DNA from: Eledone cirrhosa
Lineage: Eukaryota
Direction of reading: 5' to 3'
Assembly: GCA_964016885.1 (NCBI GenBank)
Contig: OZ024740.1
Coordinates: forward strand, 46,438,001 to 46,502,000
DNA: 64,000 nucleotides
Shown piece by piece: positions 61,601 to 64,000 of this stretch (its first letter is position 1; each line of letters starts with the position of its first letter). Below the pieces are notes generated by a model. It was given only the letters and a program-made list of their open reading frames with translations. It was not told the DNA's origin and did not search any database. A program made the position numbers and the translations under genes.

Positions 61601-64000
61601 TACAATGTAACCTCTACTATAGCCACAAACCAGTCTATCAGAATTACAATGTAACCTCTACTATAGCCACAACCCAGCCTAACAGAATTACAATGTAACC
61701 TCTACTATAGCCACAACCTAGCCTAACAGAATTACAATGTAACCTCTACTATAGCCACAACCCAGCCTAACAGAATTACAATGTAACCTCTACTATAGCC
61801 ACAACCCAGTCTATCAGAATTACAATGTAACCTCTACTATAGCCACAACCCAGTCTAGCAGAATTACAATGTAACCTCTACTATAGCCACAACCCAGTCT
61901 AACAGAATTACAATGTAACCTCTACTATAGCCACAACCCAGCCTAACAGAATTACAATGTAACCTCTACTATAGTCACAACCCAGCCTAACAGAATTACA
62001 ATGTAACCTCTACTATAGCCACAACCCAGTCTAGCAGAATTACAATGTAACCTCTACTATAGCCACAACCTAGCCTAACAGAATTACAATGTAACCTCTA
62101 CTATAGCCACAACACAGCCTAACAGAATTACAATGTAACCTCTACTATAGCCACAACCCAGCCTAACAGAATTACAATGTAACCTCTACTATAGCCACAA
62201 CCCAGCCTAACAGAATTACAATGTAACCTCTACTATAGCCACAACCCAGTCTAACAGAATTACAATGTAACCTCTACTATGGCCACAACCCAGCCTAACA
62301 CAATTACAATGTAACCTCTACTATAGCCACAACCCAGCCTAAAAGAATTACAATGTAACCCCTACTATAGCCACAACCCAGTCTAACAGAATTACAATGT
62401 AACCTCTACTATAGCCACAACCCAGTCTAACAGAATTACAATGTAACCTCTACTATAGCCACAACCCAACCTAACAGCAGAATTACAATGTAACCTCTAC
62501 TATAGCCACAACCCAGCCTAACAGAATTACAATGTAACCTCTACTATAGCCACAACCCAGTCTAACAGAATTACAATGTAACCTCTACTATAGCCACAAC
62601 CCAGTCTAACAGAATTACAATGTAACCTCTACTATAGCCACAACCCAGTCTAACAGAATTACAATGTAACCTCTACTATAGCCACAACCCATTCTAACAG
62701 AATTACAATGTAACCTCTACTATAGCCACAACCCAGTCTAGCAGAATTACAATGTAACCTCTACTAGAGCCACAACCCAGTCTAGCAGAATTACAATGTA
62801 ACCTCTACTATAGCCACAACCTAGCCTAACAGAATTACAATGTAACCTCTACTATAGCCACAACCTAGCCTAACAGAATTACAATGTAACCTCTACTATA
62901 GCCACAACCTAGCCTAACAGAATTACAATGTAACCTCTACTATAGCCACAACCTAGCCTAACAGAATTACAATGTAAACTCTACTATAGTCACAACCCAG
63001 TCTAACAGAATTACAATGTAACCTCTACTATAGCCACAACCCAGTCTAACAGAATTACAATGTAACCTCTACTATAGCCACAACCTAGCCTAACAGAATT
63101 ACAATGTAACCTCTACTATAGCCACAACCTAGCCTAACAGAATTACAATGTAACCTCTACTATAGCCACAACCTAGCCTAACAGAATTACAATGTAACCT
63201 CTACTATAGCCACAACCTAGCCTAACAGAATTACAATGTAACCTCTACTATAGCCACAACCTAGCCTAACAGAATTACAATGTAAACTCTACTATAGTCA
63301 CAACCCAGCCTAACAGAATTACAATGTAACCTCTACTATAGCCACAACCCAGTCTAACAGAATTACAATGTAACCTCTACTATAGCCACAACCTAGCCTA
63401 ACAGAATTACAATGTAACCTCTACTATAGCCACAACCTAGCCTACCAGAATTACAATGTAACCTCTACTATAGCCACAACCTAGCCGAACAGAATTACAA
63501 TGTAAACTCTACTATAGTCACAACCCAGTCTAACAGAATTACAATGTAACCTCTACTATAGTCACAACCCAGCCTAACAGAATTACAATGTAACCTCTAC
63601 TATAGCCACAACCTAGCCTAACAGAATTACAATGTAACCTCTACTATAGCCACAACCTAGCCTAACAGAATTACAATGTAACCTCTACTATAGCCACAAC
63701 CCAGTCTAGCAGAATTACAATGTAACCTCTACTATAGCCACAACCTAGTCTAACAGAATTACAATGTAACCTCTACTATAGTCACAACCCATGTGTAACA
63801 GAATTACAATGTAACCTCTACTATAGCCACAAACCAGTCTATCAGAATTACAATGTAACCTCTACTATAGCCACAACCCAGCCTAACAGAATTACAATGT
63901 AACCTCTACTATAGCCACAACCTAGCCTAACAGAATTACAATGTAACCTCTACTATAGCCACAACCCAGCCTAACAGAATTACAATGTAACCTCTACTAT
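55660..64000. repeat. 1983-bp (45-monomer) tandem duplication plus a third dispersed copy 4583 bp further on
   Basis: CTAGAGCC monomer at 56190/58173/62756 and GCCGAAC monomer at 56894/58877/63460. TATGGCC, CCCATTC and CCTACCAG are also seen in all three copies. Confidence 0.85.

Larger units (their letters stand above)
1..64000. repeat. Tandem satellite array, 44-bp monomer AACCTCTACTATAGCCACAACCYAGYCTAACAGAATTACAATGT, about 1,450 copies, single orientation, extends beyond both window edges
   Basis: Bases 1-44 recur at 45, 89, 133 and so on to the last base. Monomers usually differ by 0-3 substitutions or a +1/+3 indel. First monomer composition is A17 C14 G4 T9 (41% GC) with no CpG. Confidence 0.99.

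Noticed and set aside
1-64000. CRISPR array (conserved part plus variable part, with a dyad)
   Set aside because: There are no unique spacers. The variable segment differs by only 1-4 bases between units, and no cas genes or leader are present.
1-64000. Repetitive protein-coding ORF on either strand
   Set aside because: The plus strand has stops in all three frames in each monomer (TAG 12, TAA 28, TAA 44). Minus-strand stops fall mostly in one frame per monomer, but the 44-bp period rotates frames, which limits open stretches to a few dozen codons.
1-64000. Giant ORF under a TAA/TAG-reassigned code (the consensus has no TGA)
   Set aside because: The unit is not a multiple of 3, +1 indel alleles are tolerated, and variants show no codon-position bias. 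Absence of TGA in 44 bp is unremarkable.
1-64000. Rolling-circle or sequencing concatemer artefact
   Set aside because: Rare variants recur in ordered, nested blocks with exact offsets, which random error on one template would not produce. Individual block copy numbers could still be misassembled.
1-64000. Assignment to a named satellite family, species or centromere
   Set aside because: I do not recognise the monomer, and no CENP-B box is visible. A BLAST, Dfam or Repbase search and CENH3 ChIP would be needed.

Overview
The whole 64-kb window is one uninterrupted head-to-tail tandem array of a 44-bp monomer (consensus AACCTCTACTATAGCCACAACC[C/T]AG[C/T]CTAACAGAATTACAATGT), about 1,450 copies, running off both ends. 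I saw no unique sequence, large inversion, mobile element, RNA gene or credible ORF. It reads as eukaryotic satellite or minisatellite DNA, and the organism cannot be identified from the sequence. The information lies in the order of monomer variants. There are three common 44-bp alleles, a 47-bp allele (G25A plus CAG duplication) and two complex 45-bp alleles. These are arranged in nested, recent multi-kb duplications with different local periods (about 2165/2209, 2872, 3927/3971, 1189, 2422, 2075, 1850, 2029 and 1983 bp), and variant content is zoned from left to right. The strands are strongly asymmetric: the minus strand carries degenerate TTAGG-like units with up to four GG tracts per monomer, which suggests but does not show a telomeric or subtelomeric origin. 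All offsets and counts were read by eye from diagnostic variants and need computational confirmation. I found no evidence for a new gene system.
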